A stretch of 64,000 bases of DNA from Phycisphaerales bacterium (GTDB lineage: Bacteria > Planctomycetota > Phycisphaerae > Phycisphaerales > UBA1924): positions 3,008,001-3,072,000 of the forward strand of contig OZ245777.1 of NCBI GenBank assembly GCA_965227775.1, given 5' to 3'. The notes below the pieces were generated by a model that saw only the letters and a program-made list of their open reading frames with translations, was not told where the DNA came from and searched no databases. Position numbers and translations under genes: made by a program. Of the stretch, positions 47,639 to 57,778 are shown piece after piece. The first letter of the stretch is position 1. Each line of letters starts with the position of its first letter.

Positions 47639-48499
47639 TCACTTGGACAGCTGCCCGTACCGCTTGCTGCGGCGGCGACGGATGATGAGCTGCGTGCTGT
47701 ACTGCTTCTTGTTGCGGGTGCCGCCGCCCTTGGCGTCCACACCCGTCGGGCTCACCGGCGTGCGGTTGCCCTTGCTCCGGCCCTCACCACCACCCAGCGG
47801 GTGGGCATGGTGGCTCTTGGCAACGCCACGGGTGATCGGCCGGCGCCCGAGGTGACGCGTCAGGCCGGCCTTGCCCAGGCGGCGGTTCTGGTGATCACTG
47901 TTGCCCACGGCCCCCACCACCGCTCGGCAGTCCAGGCTTACGCGGCGCGTCTCGCCCGAGGGCATCACCAGCGTGGCGTACTTGCCCTCGCGGTTGGTCA
48001 GGCGAGCCGACGAACCAGCCGAGCGGCACATCTGGGCACCCTTACCCGGGGCGAGCTCGATGCAGTGCACTTCCATACCTGAAGGGATGAATCGCAGCGG
48101 CATGCAGTTGCCGACGGTGGGCTCCACGGCCGAGTCGCTGGAGGTCTGCAGCGTCATGCCCGTCTTCAGGCCCTTGGGGGCGATGACGTAACGCTTCACG
48201 CCGTCGGCGTACTCCAGCAGCGCGATGTGGCTGGTGCGGTTGGGGTCGTACTCGATGCCGATGACCTTGCCGGCGATGCCGTCGCGGTCCTTGCGCTTGA
48301 AGTCGATCTTGCGATACATGCGCTTCGCGCCGCCGCCGCGACCGCGGACGGTGATCACGCCGGTGTGGTTGCGGCCGCCCGTCTTCTTGATCGGGCTGAG
48401 CAGCGACTTCTCCGGGCGCTTCTTGTCAACCTCGACATGGAGGTTGACCGAGGCGTTGCGCCGGCCGGGCGAGGTTGGTTTGTAGACACGGATGGCCAT
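47639..48499 (-). CDS. rplB: 50S ribosomal protein L2
   Basis: EYDPNRTSHIALL, GKAG, HPLGGGEG. Confidence 0.98.
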   Translation of the reverse strand: MAIRVYKPTSPGRRNASVNLHVEVDKKRPEKSLLSPIKKTGGRNHTGVITVRGRGGGAKRMYRKIDFKRKDRDGIAGKVIGIEYDPNRTSHIALLEYADGVKRYVIAPKGLKTGMTLQTSSDSAVEPTVGNCMPLRFIPSGMEVHCIELAPGKGAQMCRSAGSSARLTNREGKYATLVMPSGETRRVSLDCRAVVGAVGNSDHQNRRLGKAGLTRHLGRRPITRGVAKSHHAHPLGGGEGRSKGNRTPVSPTGVDAKGGGTRNKKQYSTQLIIRRRRSKRYGQLSK

Positions 48500-48537
48500 A
48501 GAAAATCTCCGATACTCAGTCGTTGCCTACGCCCGAT

Positions 48538-48816
48538 TCAGAACAGGTCGATGGTCTGGCCTTCGGCCAGTCGCACAATTGCTTTCTTGGTTGGCGGCGC
48601 CTGCACGTAGCCGTACTTGAGGCGACGCTCGCGGTTCTTGCGAACCTGCGTGGTGATGCCCAGCACGCTCACGCCGTACAGCGACTCGACGGCGCGCTTG
48701 ATGCTGGTCTTGTCTGCCCGGCGATCAACCAGGAACGTGTAGCGGTTCTCGTCGGCCATAGCCGCGGTGCTGCGCTCGGTGACGATCGGCTTCTTGATCA
48801 CGGTGCTCGGGTGCAT
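48538..48816 (-). CDS. rplW: 50S ribosomal protein L23
   Basis: KPIVTE, YTFLVD..ADK, KKAIVRL. Confidence 0.95.
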   Translation of the reverse strand: MHPSTVIKKPIVTERSTAAMADENRYTFLVDRRADKTSIKRAVESLYGVSVLGITTQVRKNRERRLKYGYVQAPPTKKAIVRLAEGQTIDLF

Positions 48817-49523
48817 CAGGCGGCCTCCCCTTCACTAGTTCCGGCCTGAGCGGCGTCGCGGCCTCGGGGGTCGGTCTTGGCGTCCTTGCCGGTCTGCGTG
48901 TGCGGGCCGGCGAGGAAGGCCTCCAGCTCGGCCTTTTCGATGATCACGTAGCGGCTGTTGAGCAGATTCCAAGCGGTCAGCTGATCGCTGCGGCACAAGG
49001 TGATGTCATCGATGTTGCGGGCGCTCAGACGCGCGTCGACGGAACCTTCAGGAAGGGCCAGCAGCACCGTGCGGTCGATCTTGAGGGCCTTCAGCAGGTC
49101 GGCCATCGCCTTGGTCGAGGGCTTGTCGAAGCTGAGGCTATCGACAATGCGGACCTCACTGTCGATCAGCTTGGCAAGCAGTGCGTTGAGGTTCGCCTTG
49201 CGGCGCATCTTCTTGGGCATGGCCTGGCGGAAGTCCTCGCGGGTGCGACGCTTCTCGTGAGCGTGGCCACCCTTGCGGAACTGCGGGGCCTTCTTGTTGC
49301 CGTGGCGTGCACGACCCGTGCCCTTCTGCTTGTAGATCTTGCGGGTCGAACCTGCAATCTCACCACGGCCCTTGGTGCGGGCCGAGCCTTGGCGCAGGTT
49401 GGCGTGGTAGCAGACGTAGGCCTGCTTGATGAGCTGGGGGTTCAGGGTCCCGCCCAAAGTGGCTTCGTCGATCGACATCGAGCCGACCGAATCGCCTTGC
49501 ATGTTGTAGACCGGCACATCCAT
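48816..49523 (-). CDS. rplD: 50S ribosomal protein L4
   Basis: RQGSARTKGR, KQKGTGRARHG, ARNI; GGAG RBS before ATG49523. Confidence 0.96.
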   Translation of the reverse strand: MDVPVYNMQGDSVGSMSIDEATLGGTLNPQLIKQAYVCYHANLRQGSARTKGRGEIAGSTRKIYKQKGTGRARHGNKKAPQFRKGGHAHEKRRTREDFRQAMPKKMRRKANLNALLAKLIDSEVRIVDSLSFDKPSTKAMADLLKALKIDRTVLLALPEGSVDARLSARNIDDITLCRSDQLTAWNLLNSRYVIIEKAELEAFLAGPHTQTGKDAKTDPRGRDAAQAGTSEGEAA

Positions 49524-49804
49524 CGTGCTCGCTCCTGACGCCTGTGCGACCCTCAAGAAACCGAAGAGGGAGTCGCCTGCCGCACCGGCCCACCCCGGTT
49601 GGGAGTTTCTTCCCCACCTGGCCTACGCAGCCTGGCGGGAGTGGGCTCGGATCAGACTCGGCCGTCTGTTCCACGGGGTGTCGCCGAGTGAGCGGCACCC
49701 CGACCTGTTTGTCTTTACCCGGCGGTTTCGCGTAAGCGACCCTTCGGGCCGCCCCGCCGTCGATGTTCCTCGACGATGGGGCGTTCCATCAACTGCATGC
49801 CCGA

Positions 49805-50506
49805 TCAGCCGGCGGCGGCTTCCTGGGCGGCGGCCTTGCTCGGCCGCAAGCGAATCGCCGGGCGAATGTGGACCACGCCGCCGTTGGCGCCGGGCACGGG
49901 GCCCTTTACCAGCAGCAGGTTGCGGTCTGCCTCAACCCGGATGACGTCGAGATTGCGAACGGTGACGCGCTCGTTGCCCATCTGGCCGTTCATCTTCTTA
50001 CCCTTCTTGATGCGGCCGCTCATGCCAGCGTTGTTGGCATGGCCGCCGATCGATCCGGGCGAACGGTGCTTGCGTTCCACGCCGTGCGTGGCTCGCATGC
50101 CCTTGAAGTTGTGACGCTTCATGGTGCCGGCAAAGCCCTTGCCCTTGCTGGTACCGGTCACATCCACGAACTTGAAGCCTTGGAAGTGCTCAACCGAGAT
50201 GGTCTGGCCCAACTCGAACTCGCCGGCCTCGGCCTCGTCCATGCGATACTCGACGTGGACTGCCTTCGGACCGGTACCGGCCTTGTGGTCGTGGCCCATG
50301 ATCTGGAATGTCGCGCGGCGGGGGCGCGCGTCGTCGCCACCGATCTGGACGGCCGAGTAACCGTCACGCTCATGCGTACGCACCTGGGTGACCACCGCGG
50401 GCTGCACCTCGATCGCCGTGACCGGGATGGACACGCCGCCTTCGAAGACGCGGGTCATGCCGATCTTGCGACCGATGAGTCCCAGCTTGTTGTTTCCGCC
50501 TGCCAT
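49805..50506 (-). CDS. rplC: 50S ribosomal protein L3
   Basis: GRKIGMTRVF, DGYSAVQIG, SKGKGFAG, HRSPGSIG, KGPVPG. Confidence 0.97.
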   Translation of the reverse strand: MAGGNNKLGLIGRKIGMTRVFEGGVSIPVTAIEVQPAVVTQVRTHERDGYSAVQIGGDDARPRRATFQIMGHDHKAGTGPKAVHVEYRMDEAEAGEFELGQTISVEHFQGFKFVDVTGTSKGKGFAGTMKRHNFKGMRATHGVERKHRSPGSIGGHANNAGMSGRIKKGKKMNGQMGNERVTVRNLDVIRVEADRNLLLVKGPVPGANGGVVHIRPAIRLRPSKAAAQEAAAG

Positions 50507-50589
50507 GATCGTTCGTTCCTTGCTTCGTGGCTCATTGGCCAGAGGAAGCGATGATTCCTATCTGCTGCCGACGCCTCTGCCCGAGTGCG

Positions 50590-50898
50590 TCAGGCCTTGA
50601 TCTTGACGAAGACACCCGCGGGCACCACCAACCGGTTCAGCGCCTCGACCGTGCGGGCGTTGGGCTCGTGGATGTCGATGATCCGCTTATGCGTGCGGAT
50701 CTCGAACTGCTCGCGGCTCTTCTTATCGATGAACGGGCCACGGAGGACCGTGTACCGCTCGATACGAGTCGGCAGGGGGACCGGACCGGCCACTCGGGCG
50801 TTGGTCCGCTTGGCGTGATCCACGATCTCTCGAGCCGAAGCATCGAGGGCGATGTGGTCGTACGCTTCCATCCGAATTCGAATGCGACCGCCTTGCAT
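50590..50898 (-). CDS. rpsJ: 30S ribosomal protein S10
   Basis: [35 protein letters not shown]. Confidence 0.97.
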   Translation of the reverse strand: MQGGRIRIRMEAYDHIALDASAREIVDHAKRTNARVAGPVPLPTRIERYTVLRGPFIDKKSREQFEIRTHKRIIDIHEPNARTVEALNRLVVPAGVFVKIKA

Positions 50899-51151
50899 GA
50901 GCCGGCCAACCTCCTGCCTGCTGGGTTTCACGTCAACCACCCGGCAAGTCCGGGGGGTACTGACCCGCGCCATAGGGGCCGCAGCCCCCGCCACCAGCGC
51001 GGAGAGAAGGATAGATCGTTTCGCATCCCCGTCAACTGCCCAACAGCAGGAATGTGAAGATCGGGCAACCTGCGAGCCTCGCCCTATCCTTATAGAGGGT
51101 CGCGTCGGATTCTCGAAGCATCGGTGGCCCAGAAACCCAAGGAGGGGCTAG

Positions 51152-52630
51152 ATGATGAGCACCAGGCCAGCAAGAGGGACGCTAGTGGTGGCCCGAAGCC
51201 TGTCGGTTGTGCTGGCGATCGGCCTTGGCACGACGGTTTTTGCGGTCCAGTCCGGGCCTTCCAGTGTCGTCATGAGCAATGCGCCCGTCGCGCTCGAGCC
51301 GGTGGGCCTGGAGATGCAGATACCCGTAGATGTCTCCGCCTACCGGGCTGACCGCGGGGATGTCCCGACGCTGGAGATCCACCCGAACTACAGCAACTGG
51401 TTCATGATCGTCCAGGCACCCCAGCAGCGCGTTGGCCTGCCGGGCGATGGGCCCGGCCGGGCCGGCGGTGGCCTGCGCGTGGATGACCTGACCGACCGCA
51501 TCCTCGAGAACGTTCTGGGCAGCTACCGCGTCGATGAGGCCAGCACGGAGGCCATCGAAAGCCGGGCTCGCGTGCTGCTCCGGGAGACCGGCCTGACCGT
51601 GGCCGGACGCCCGGCTTCGCGGTTCTATGTCGCGTTTCCGGAGAAGGACCTCGAGCGCATCAGGATGTACACCCTGGTCGACGCGGGGGCGGGCCAGATG
51701 GTCAGCTTCGACCTGATGTGCGATCCCGCCGACGAGCGGGAAGCGCGTCTGGCATATCTGGCCGTGCTGCGCAGCGCCCAGTTTTTCGGCAACTCCGAGA
51801 TCGCAGTCGGCCGTGCGTTCGCCCTTGAGACGACCGAGGCGCTCATCGCCACGCTCACAGACGCGGACTACACGCGAGCCCTCCAGCAGATGGACGGCAG
51901 GTGGGATCGCCTGAGCATCCCATCGGCCACCGGCCACGAGATGGACGACACCGAACGAGGCTACCGACGCATTCGAGCCTGGAAGGGCAAGCGCGGCGAG
52001 ATCAACCCGGAGCGCACCGAGAGCTCTTGGACTGAGGAAGAGCAGGAAGAGGGCTACCTGTTCCGCATGGATGGCCGCATGGTCGAACGCACGCTCGGCG
52101 GCTCGTGGAATCTGGTTGACACGCGGATCATCTGCTTCATGAGCCTTGACCGCCAGAAGGAGGCGTGGACGGCTTCGACCACCTTCCGCCAGGGCGATCA
52201 GAAGCCCATCGTGAACACGGAGTTCGGCGTGCGTACCGGCGAACGCATGAACGTTGCGCGGCGGGGCATTACGTCCAACACGCTGCAACCAGCGGTGCCG
52301 CCTCGCGGATTCGTGAATCAGGTCGAGTTCTACTTGCTACCGCAGCTGGTCATCAACAACGGTGCGAAAGCGACCTATGGCGTCTACGCATACGCGAGCG
52401 GAGACAGCAGCGTGCGATACCGCCAGTTCGAGCTCGAAGAAGGCACCGGTGTCGCCGATTGGCAGCTCAGCACAGAGCTTGGCGAAGACGCGACGTCCAT
52501 CTCGCTGTACGACGCGAAGGCGGTCTTCCTGGGCAGCGATCGCGGCGATGGATCTCGCTGGACGCCGTCGACGCAGCGGGAGTTGCTCGACCTCTGGCAG
52601 CAGAAGGGGCTGCCAACGTCTGCTCGATAG
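51152..52630 (+). CDS. Exported hypothetical protein
   Basis: AAGGAGG RBS; signal-like SLSVVLAIGLGTTVFA; long GC3-biased ORF with no family recognised. Confidence 0.7.
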   Translation: MMSTRPARGTLVVARSLSVVLAIGLGTTVFAVQSGPSSVVMSNAPVALEPVGLEMQIPVDVSAYRADRGDVPTLEIHPNYSNWFMIVQAPQQRVGLPGDGPGRAGGGLRVDDLTDRILENVLGSYRVDEASTEAIESRARVLLRETGLTVAGRPASRFYVAFPEKDLERIRMYTLVDAGAGQMVSFDLMCDPADEREARLAYLAVLRSAQFFGNSEIAVGRAFALETTEALIATLTDADYTRALQQMDGRWDRLSIPSATGHEMDDTERGYRRIRAWKGKRGEINPERTESSWTEEEQEEGYLFRMDGRMVERTLGGSWNLVDTRIICFMSLDRQKEAWTASTTFRQGDQKPIVNTEFGVRTGERMNVARRGITSNTLQPAVPPRGFVNQVEFYLLPQLVINNGAKATYGVYAYASGDSSVRYRQFELEEGTGVADWQLSTELGEDATSISLYDAKAVFLGSDRGDGSRWTPSTQRELLDLWQQKGLPTSAR

Positions 52631-52698
52631 CCCGCCCACCCCGACGACCGAACGAACCTATAACTCATGCAGGACACGTATGCGGAAGGAGCCGCCGC

Positions 52699-53745
52699 AT
52701 GGCGCTGGATCGGGTGATCGCCCCCACTGCCACCGACACTGCCGACGAGCACGCTGGCTGGGCGCTCCGACCCCAGCGGCTCTCCGAATACGTCGGCCAG
52801 CGCGACACGCTCGAGAGGCTGGCGATCGCCGTTCAGGCGGCCCGTGGCCGCAGCGAGTCGCTCGACCACGTGCTGCTGCATGGCCCACCCGGCCTTGGAA
52901 AGACCACGCTGGCCCACGTCATCGCCGCCGAGATGGGCACGAAGGTGCACGTTACCAGCGGCCCGGCCCTCTCGCGCGGCACCGACCTCGTCGCCGCATT
53001 GACGAGACTTGAGTCCGGCGACGTGCTTTTTATCGATGAGATACACCGCACCCCAGCGGCAGTGGAAGAGTTTGTGTACCCGGCAATGGAAGACTTTCGC
53101 GTTGATGTCACGCTCGACGCGGGTCTGAATGCCCGGACGGTCCAGATCAAGTGCAAGCCGTTTACGCTCATCGGCGCCACGACGCGAGCGGGCTTGCTGA
53201 GCGCGCCGCTGCGGAGCCGCTTTGGTCTCATCCACCACCTTCGGTTTTACGAGGTGGCCGAGTTGGCAGCCATCGTCGAACGCAGCGCCGGACTACTCAG
53301 CCTCTCGATTGAGGCCTCGGCCATCGATGCCATTGCGCGTCGCAGTCGTGGCACGCCTCGTATCGCCAACCGCCTGCTCCGCCGAGTTAGAGACTTCGCC
53401 TCGGTCAGGTCCGATGGCACCGCCACCGCCGCCACCGTCGACGAGGCGTTGTCCCTCGAGGGCGTCGACGCGCTTGGCCTCGACGAACTCGACCGAGCCT
53501 ACCTCCGCACGATTGGCACTACGTACAAGGGCGGGCCAGTGGGCCTCGAGGCTCTTGCAGCGACCATGAACGAGGACCCCGGCACGCTTGAGGACATGGT
53601 CGAACCCTTCCTGCTCAAGCTCGGATTCGTCGCACGCCATCGCCGGGGACGGGAGTTGACCGCTGCGGGCGCGAGCCACGTGGGCATCGAGGTCTCGCTG
53701 CCATCAAGCGAAGATCCACCGTTGTTCGACAAGGAAGCGTCTTAG
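52699..53745 (+). CDS. ruvB: Holliday junction branch migration ATPase RuvB
   Basis: LRP..EYVGQ, HGPPGLGKTTLA, TSGP, FIDEIHR, GATTRAG, SRGTPRIANRLLRRVRDF. Confidence 0.97.
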   Translation: MALDRVIAPTATDTADEHAGWALRPQRLSEYVGQRDTLERLAIAVQAARGRSESLDHVLLHGPPGLGKTTLAHVIAAEMGTKVHVTSGPALSRGTDLVAALTRLESGDVLFIDEIHRTPAAVEEFVYPAMEDFRVDVTLDAGLNARTVQIKCKPFTLIGATTRAGLLSAPLRSRFGLIHHLRFYEVAELAAIVERSAGLLSLSIEASAIDAIARRSRGTPRIANRLLRRVRDFASVRSDGTATAATVDEALSLEGVDALGLDELDRAYLRTIGTTYKGGPVGLEALAATMNEDPGTLEDMVEPFLLKLGFVARHRRGRELTAAGASHVGIEVSLPSSEDPPLFDKEAS

Positions 53746-54101
53746 CACTTGCCTCAGGCCTCTCAGCGGCACTCGTGCTATCGCTTACTGGCTATCGATC
53801 GCTCGAGTCGCTGCGGGCGACCAAGTTGCCTCGCGTCGAGGTGATTGCACAACGAGAACTTGACGGATGACTCAACTACAGCTGGTCACTGCGTCTCCCA
53901 GCTATCTCACTTCGTACAGGCCCACGCACGACACAAAGCGAGGTCCAGCACATGGCTCGCGGGTTACTCCAGATCCGTTTGCCAAAGACCCGCGAGAGCT
54001 CAGCACAGTAGGGCCTGCTACCACATCCATGCGCGAGGCTTCATCAGCGAACGCAAGGCACCTTGACACGCGCGCAGCAGCTCGGGGCATCTAAGTCACG
54101 A

Positions 54102-54953
54102 TCAGCGCTGTTGCCCGTCGCGCGACCGTCGAGCCGGTTGATCACGGTTCCTATCCTGGCGCGCCCCCGGGCCGCGCCTCACGCTTGGAGGGTCAGGCGT
54201 GCCCTTCCACATGCGGGGTATGGGAGGGAAGTCCTCGGTGATCATGTAGTAGTATGTGCCCTCGGGATGATCGGGTGTGACACCGAATCTTCCGTTGCAC
54301 TCATCGAGATCACCAAGTCCTTCGATGTACTCCCAGTCATGACCGAACGTGCCGTCGTAGCGTCCGCCCGGCCCGTCGGGGCGTGCAGGGCGTTGGCCGT
54401 CCTTTAACCAATAGCTTGACCGAAGTGCGCGTGGTGCAGAAGTTGGATCCATCGGATCCGCATATCCCAGTCCCGCATAGATTGGAAACCCATCGAAGGC
54501 CCATCCGATCTGGATCATCGTGTTGCGCCCAAGCTCCTCGGACAGAGACTCGACGAGGCCGCTGGGTAGGCCGTGGTAATGGTACTTGCCAGAACCCTGG
54601 ACGTGGGCGTTATGGTGGTCCAGGCCGAGATTGATGCCTCCGCCCAGCGCCTCGTAGTTCCATAGTGAACGTGCGCCAAAGACGCGGTCGTTTTCTGGAG
54701 TCCAGAACTCTCCAGTCCCAGCGTCCATGATCACTCCATTCAAGCAGATACCAAACTCCCCTGCGGAGGGCGTTGGCGCATCTGCCACGACGGGGTTGAG
54801 CGGGAGCTTGTATTCATGAGCTTGCGGGCTCATCGCATGGGGATTGTGGCGATTCGGAAACGTCCCCGTGCCATGCTCCGGTATCCCGTTCGCGCGAACG
54901 ATGCGATACTCGCCTTCGATGCTCACCGAAGTGCTCGAGGCTACATCGGGCAA
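54102..54953 (-). CDS. YHYH-domain protein (5' end uncertain)
   Basis: ANGIPEH..FPN..NP, GLDHHNAHVQ..GKYHYHG, GWAFDGFPIY, GDLDECNGR. Confidence 0.78.
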   Translation of the reverse strand: MPDVASSTSVSIEGEYRIVRANGIPEHGTGTFPNRHNPHAMSPQAHEYKLPLNPVVADAPTPSAGEFGICLNGVIMDAGTGEFWTPENDRVFGARSLWNYEALGGGINLGLDHHNAHVQGSGKYHYHGLPSGLVESLSEELGRNTMIQIGWAFDGFPIYAGLGYADPMDPTSAPRALRSSYWLKDGQRPARPDGPGGRYDGTFGHDWEYIEGLGDLDECNGRFGVTPDHPEGTYYYMITEDFPPIPRMWKGTPDPPSVRRGPGARQDRNRDQPARRSRDGQQR

Positions 54954-55322
54954 CGGGTTGCGAGCCGCTTCATCACCAACTTGCTGACCACGTCGTTGTC
55001 GATCGTCATTGTTTGCACCCCCGCGGCCACGAGGCCCACACCCACCCGCTGACGATCCGTGAGATCAGGCGGATCCTGCTTCTGCACCTCGCAGACGCGG
55101 CGCCGGGCGACGCCGCTCGATAGCCACAACGATCCCGCATTCCGCGAATCGCGTGAGCCCTCGGACGTCCGATCCTTCGGGAAAACATCGTCGTTGTGCT
55201 GCCGGAGCTCTTGCCTAGTGTGGGGTCGGAGTAGAGCTGACAATTAGCACGAGAGGTGTTCCATGCAGCGTTCGATCACTCGGTGCGGCCAATCCGCACG
55301 CCCGTCGTCTTTCTTGGGTTCC

Positions 55323-56567
55323 ATGCGTTCGAGAGCCACGCAGCCGGTGCTACCGCTCCTCGCCGCGGCGATCCTCACCGCATCCCCCGCCTTTGCCGAC
55401 ATCATCAACGTTCCGGCCGACCAACCCACGATCCAGGCGGGTATCGATGCCGCCGTCGACGGCGACGAGGTCGTTGTGGCGCCGGGCACCTATCTGGAGG
55501 CCATCGACTTCAACGGCAAGGCGATCACCGTGCGAAGCGCTGATCCGTCCGACCCGGGCATCATCGTCACGACCGTCATCAACGGCACGGGCAACGACTA
55601 CACCGTGCAAACCGCCAGTGGTGAGGGGCTCGATTCGATACTCAGCGGCTTCGTGATCACCGGCGCAACAGAAGCGGGCATGCTGATCAGCGGGAGCAGC
55701 CCGACGCTCACGTCGAACACCTTCGCCCTCAATGACGATGGGATCCTGATCGAGGGTGGAAGCCCGTTCATCAACGCCTGCTCGATCGTGGACAATTTGG
55801 ATCGCGGGATCGAGATTGCCACAGAGACCGTTAGCGACCCCACGATTGTCGGCAGTGTCATTGCCCGCAACCTCGTTGCACTCGAGATGACATCGCGAGC
55901 CTCGAGCATCACGGTCCGTGACACCCGGTTTGAATCAAATGGCAGTGGATTCGCTGGAGCGGCTGGCGGCGGCGACATCACATTGACGAGTTGCACCTTC
56001 TTCGACAACGGCGGTTCAGCGCTGACGATTTTGTCCCCAAGCAGTTGCACCATCACGGGCTGCTCGTTCGACTCGAATCGGGGCATCGGCATGACTATGG
56101 CCGGTTCAGGGCCGGACACGACGGTTACCGATACGCTCTTCACCGATAATGCGGGCTTCGCGCTCCAGGCGATCGGCCCAAACACGCCGACGATCACGCG
56201 TTGCACGTTCAGCCGGCACCGCTCGAGTGCCGTGTTCCTGAGATCCAGCAGTATGCAGTTTTCGGAGCCGACGTTCATCGACTGCGTGTTCACAGAGAAC
56301 CGATCGGGGGTTCCCGGGGGCGCGATCCTCTCGCTGCCCGACTCCGACCCGACACTGATCCGCTGCGTCTTCTTCTCGAACTCGCCCGACGAGATCGACG
56401 GCCCGTTCACGGACGGCGGAGGCAATGTCTTCGACGCGCCATTCGCCCCACCGCCCGCGCTGACCGAGCCCGAGTGCCGCTTTGCGGACCTCGCCGAGCC
56501 ACGGGACAGCCTGGACTTCTTCGACCTGCTCGCGTTCATCGCGATCGTCGAACAGGGCTGCCCATAG
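55323..56567 (+). CDS. Secreted right-handed beta-helix (pectin lyase-like) protein with single-repeat GC-type dockerin-like tail
   Basis: Signal peptide ..PAFA; VPADQPTIQAGIDAA..VAPGTY; repeated PTITxCxFxxN; ends CRFADLAEP..DFFDLLAF..QGCP. Confidence 0.78.
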   Translation: MRSRATQPVLPLLAAAILTASPAFADIINVPADQPTIQAGIDAAVDGDEVVVAPGTYLEAIDFNGKAITVRSADPSDPGIIVTTVINGTGNDYTVQTASGEGLDSILSGFVITGATEAGMLISGSSPTLTSNTFALNDDGILIEGGSPFINACSIVDNLDRGIEIATETVSDPTIVGSVIARNLVALEMTSRASSITVRDTRFESNGSGFAGAAGGGDITLTSCTFFDNGGSALTILSPSSCTITGCSFDSNRGIGMTMAGSGPDTTVTDTLFTDNAGFALQAIGPNTPTITRCTFSRHRSSAVFLRSSSMQFSEPTFIDCVFTENRSGVPGGAILSLPDSDPTLIRCVFFSNSPDEIDGPFTDGGGNVFDAPFAPPPALTEPECRFADLAEPRDSLDFFDLLAFIAIVEQGCP

Positions 56568-56641
56568 CCCAGCGCATTGCCCCCCAGCATTTCCTATAGT
56601 GGCCAGCTCACGGTCAGGCTCAGCCCGCCCGTGGGTGACAT

Positions 56642-56713
56642 GCGGGTGTAGTTCAGTGGTAGAACGTCAGCTTCCCAAGCTGAATGTCGTCGGTTCGATC
56701 CCGATCACCCGCT
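56642..56713 (+). tRNA. tRNA-Gly(CCC)
   Basis: GCGGGTGTAGTTCAGTGGTAGAACGTCAGCTTCCCAAGCTGAATGTCGTCGGTTCGATCCCGATCACCCGCT cloverleaf. Confidence 0.97.
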
Positions 56714-57778
56714 TTCTTGAGTCCCCAATCGCCCAGTTCTGCCGTTCTTGGCACCCTGGGCAGCGGCCAGCGACTGGACGCGTTCGCGTGCCAGTTCCGC
56801 CCGAAGCGCGAGCTCATCGATCTGCGAACAGGCGTGCTTCATCGCCTTCACAACGTCCGGCGCATACTCGCTCCGGGCCGAGTTGCACGCGTGCACTAGT
56901 ACGTCCGCACCCGCCTCCACGGCGAGGCGCATCGTGTCCTCCAGCGACCATCGGGCCCGCACTCCCTCCATGTCGAGTGCGTCGGTAAAGACGGGGCCCG
57001 CAAATCCCAGTTCGTTGCGGAGCAGCCCCGTCGTCACCGCGTGCGATAGCGACGCAGGTCGGTCCGTATCGAGTTGGTCCAGCATCAGGTGCCCAGTCAT
57101 CACGCCGACCGCCTCGCCCAGGAGCGCGTGGTATGGCGCGAGTTCGCGCTCACGGTCCCAGCTATGGGAGATGTCAGCAAGATCGTGGTGCGAGTCGACA
57201 GACGCCGATCCGTGTCCGGGAAAATGCTTGAGGACGCAGGACACCCCCGACTCTTGGTGCGCTCGCACGACGCGCGTGGCGCATACCGCGACGTCGGCCG
57301 GATCGCTCGCAAATGACCGATCCAACGCCCCAATGACTGGCGACGCGGGATCGATGTTCACATCAACGCACGGCGTGAAGTTGATCGTGACGCCGGCCTC
57401 TCGCAGTGTACCTGCCATCGAACGTGATTGTGACCACTGGTCTTCTTTGGTCAGCGATGCGAACGCGCGCGCCGAGGGCCAGCCTTCGAATCCGTGCGCA
57501 CGGGAGAGGCGCTGCACGCGACCGCCTTCCTGGTCGATCGCAACCTGAGCGTCGTCGCCAAGGCGTGATCGCACGTGATCTGTCAGCACTCGGATCTGAT
57601 CGGGCGATCGCACGTTCCGCTCCCCGTCGGTCGCCAGGTCGTGATCGAACAGGATCACCATCCGCACACCCGCATGCGCGCAAGCGTCGAGGTCCAGCTC
57701 GAGCTCTGGGTCGCCAGGCATACCGCCGCGGATCCCGAGCATCGTCATCGCTCCGAGCTGCCGAAGTGCTTCGCTCAA
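56705..57778 (-). CDS. nagZ: GH3 beta-N-acetylhexosaminidase (NagZ-like)
   Basis: IDQEGGRVQRL, KHFPGHG..DSHH, FTDALDM; TTG start overlapping the SSS stop. Confidence 0.85.
   Translation of the reverse strand: MSEALRQLGAMTMLGIRGGMPGDPELELDLDACAHAGVRMVILFDHDLATDGERNVRSPDQIRVLTDHVRSRLGDDAQVAIDQEGGRVQRLSRAHGFEGWPSARAFASLTKEDQWSQSRSMAGTLREAGVTINFTPCVDVNIDPASPVIGALDRSFASDPADVAVCATRVVRAHQESGVSCVLKHFPGHGSASVDSHHDLADISHSWDRERELAPYHALLGEAVGVMTGHLMLDQLDTDRPASLSHAVTTGLLRNELGFAGPVFTDALDMEGVRARWSLEDTMRLAVEAGADVLVHACNSARSEYAPDVVKAMKHACSQIDELALRAELARERVQSLAAAQGAKNGRTGRLGTQESG

Noticed and set aside
53845..54094. Short ORFs downstream of ruvB
   Set aside because: No RBS, motifs or codon bias; left unassigned.
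55065..55067. In-frame TGA upstream of the YHYH gene as possible selenocysteine or readthrough
   Set aside because: No recognisable SECIS or redox motif, and the upstream frame does not look protein-like.
56642..56713. tRNA-Gly (and tRNA-Thr) as integration sites of an island
   Set aside because: No integrase and no duplicated tRNA 3' end noticed in the window.
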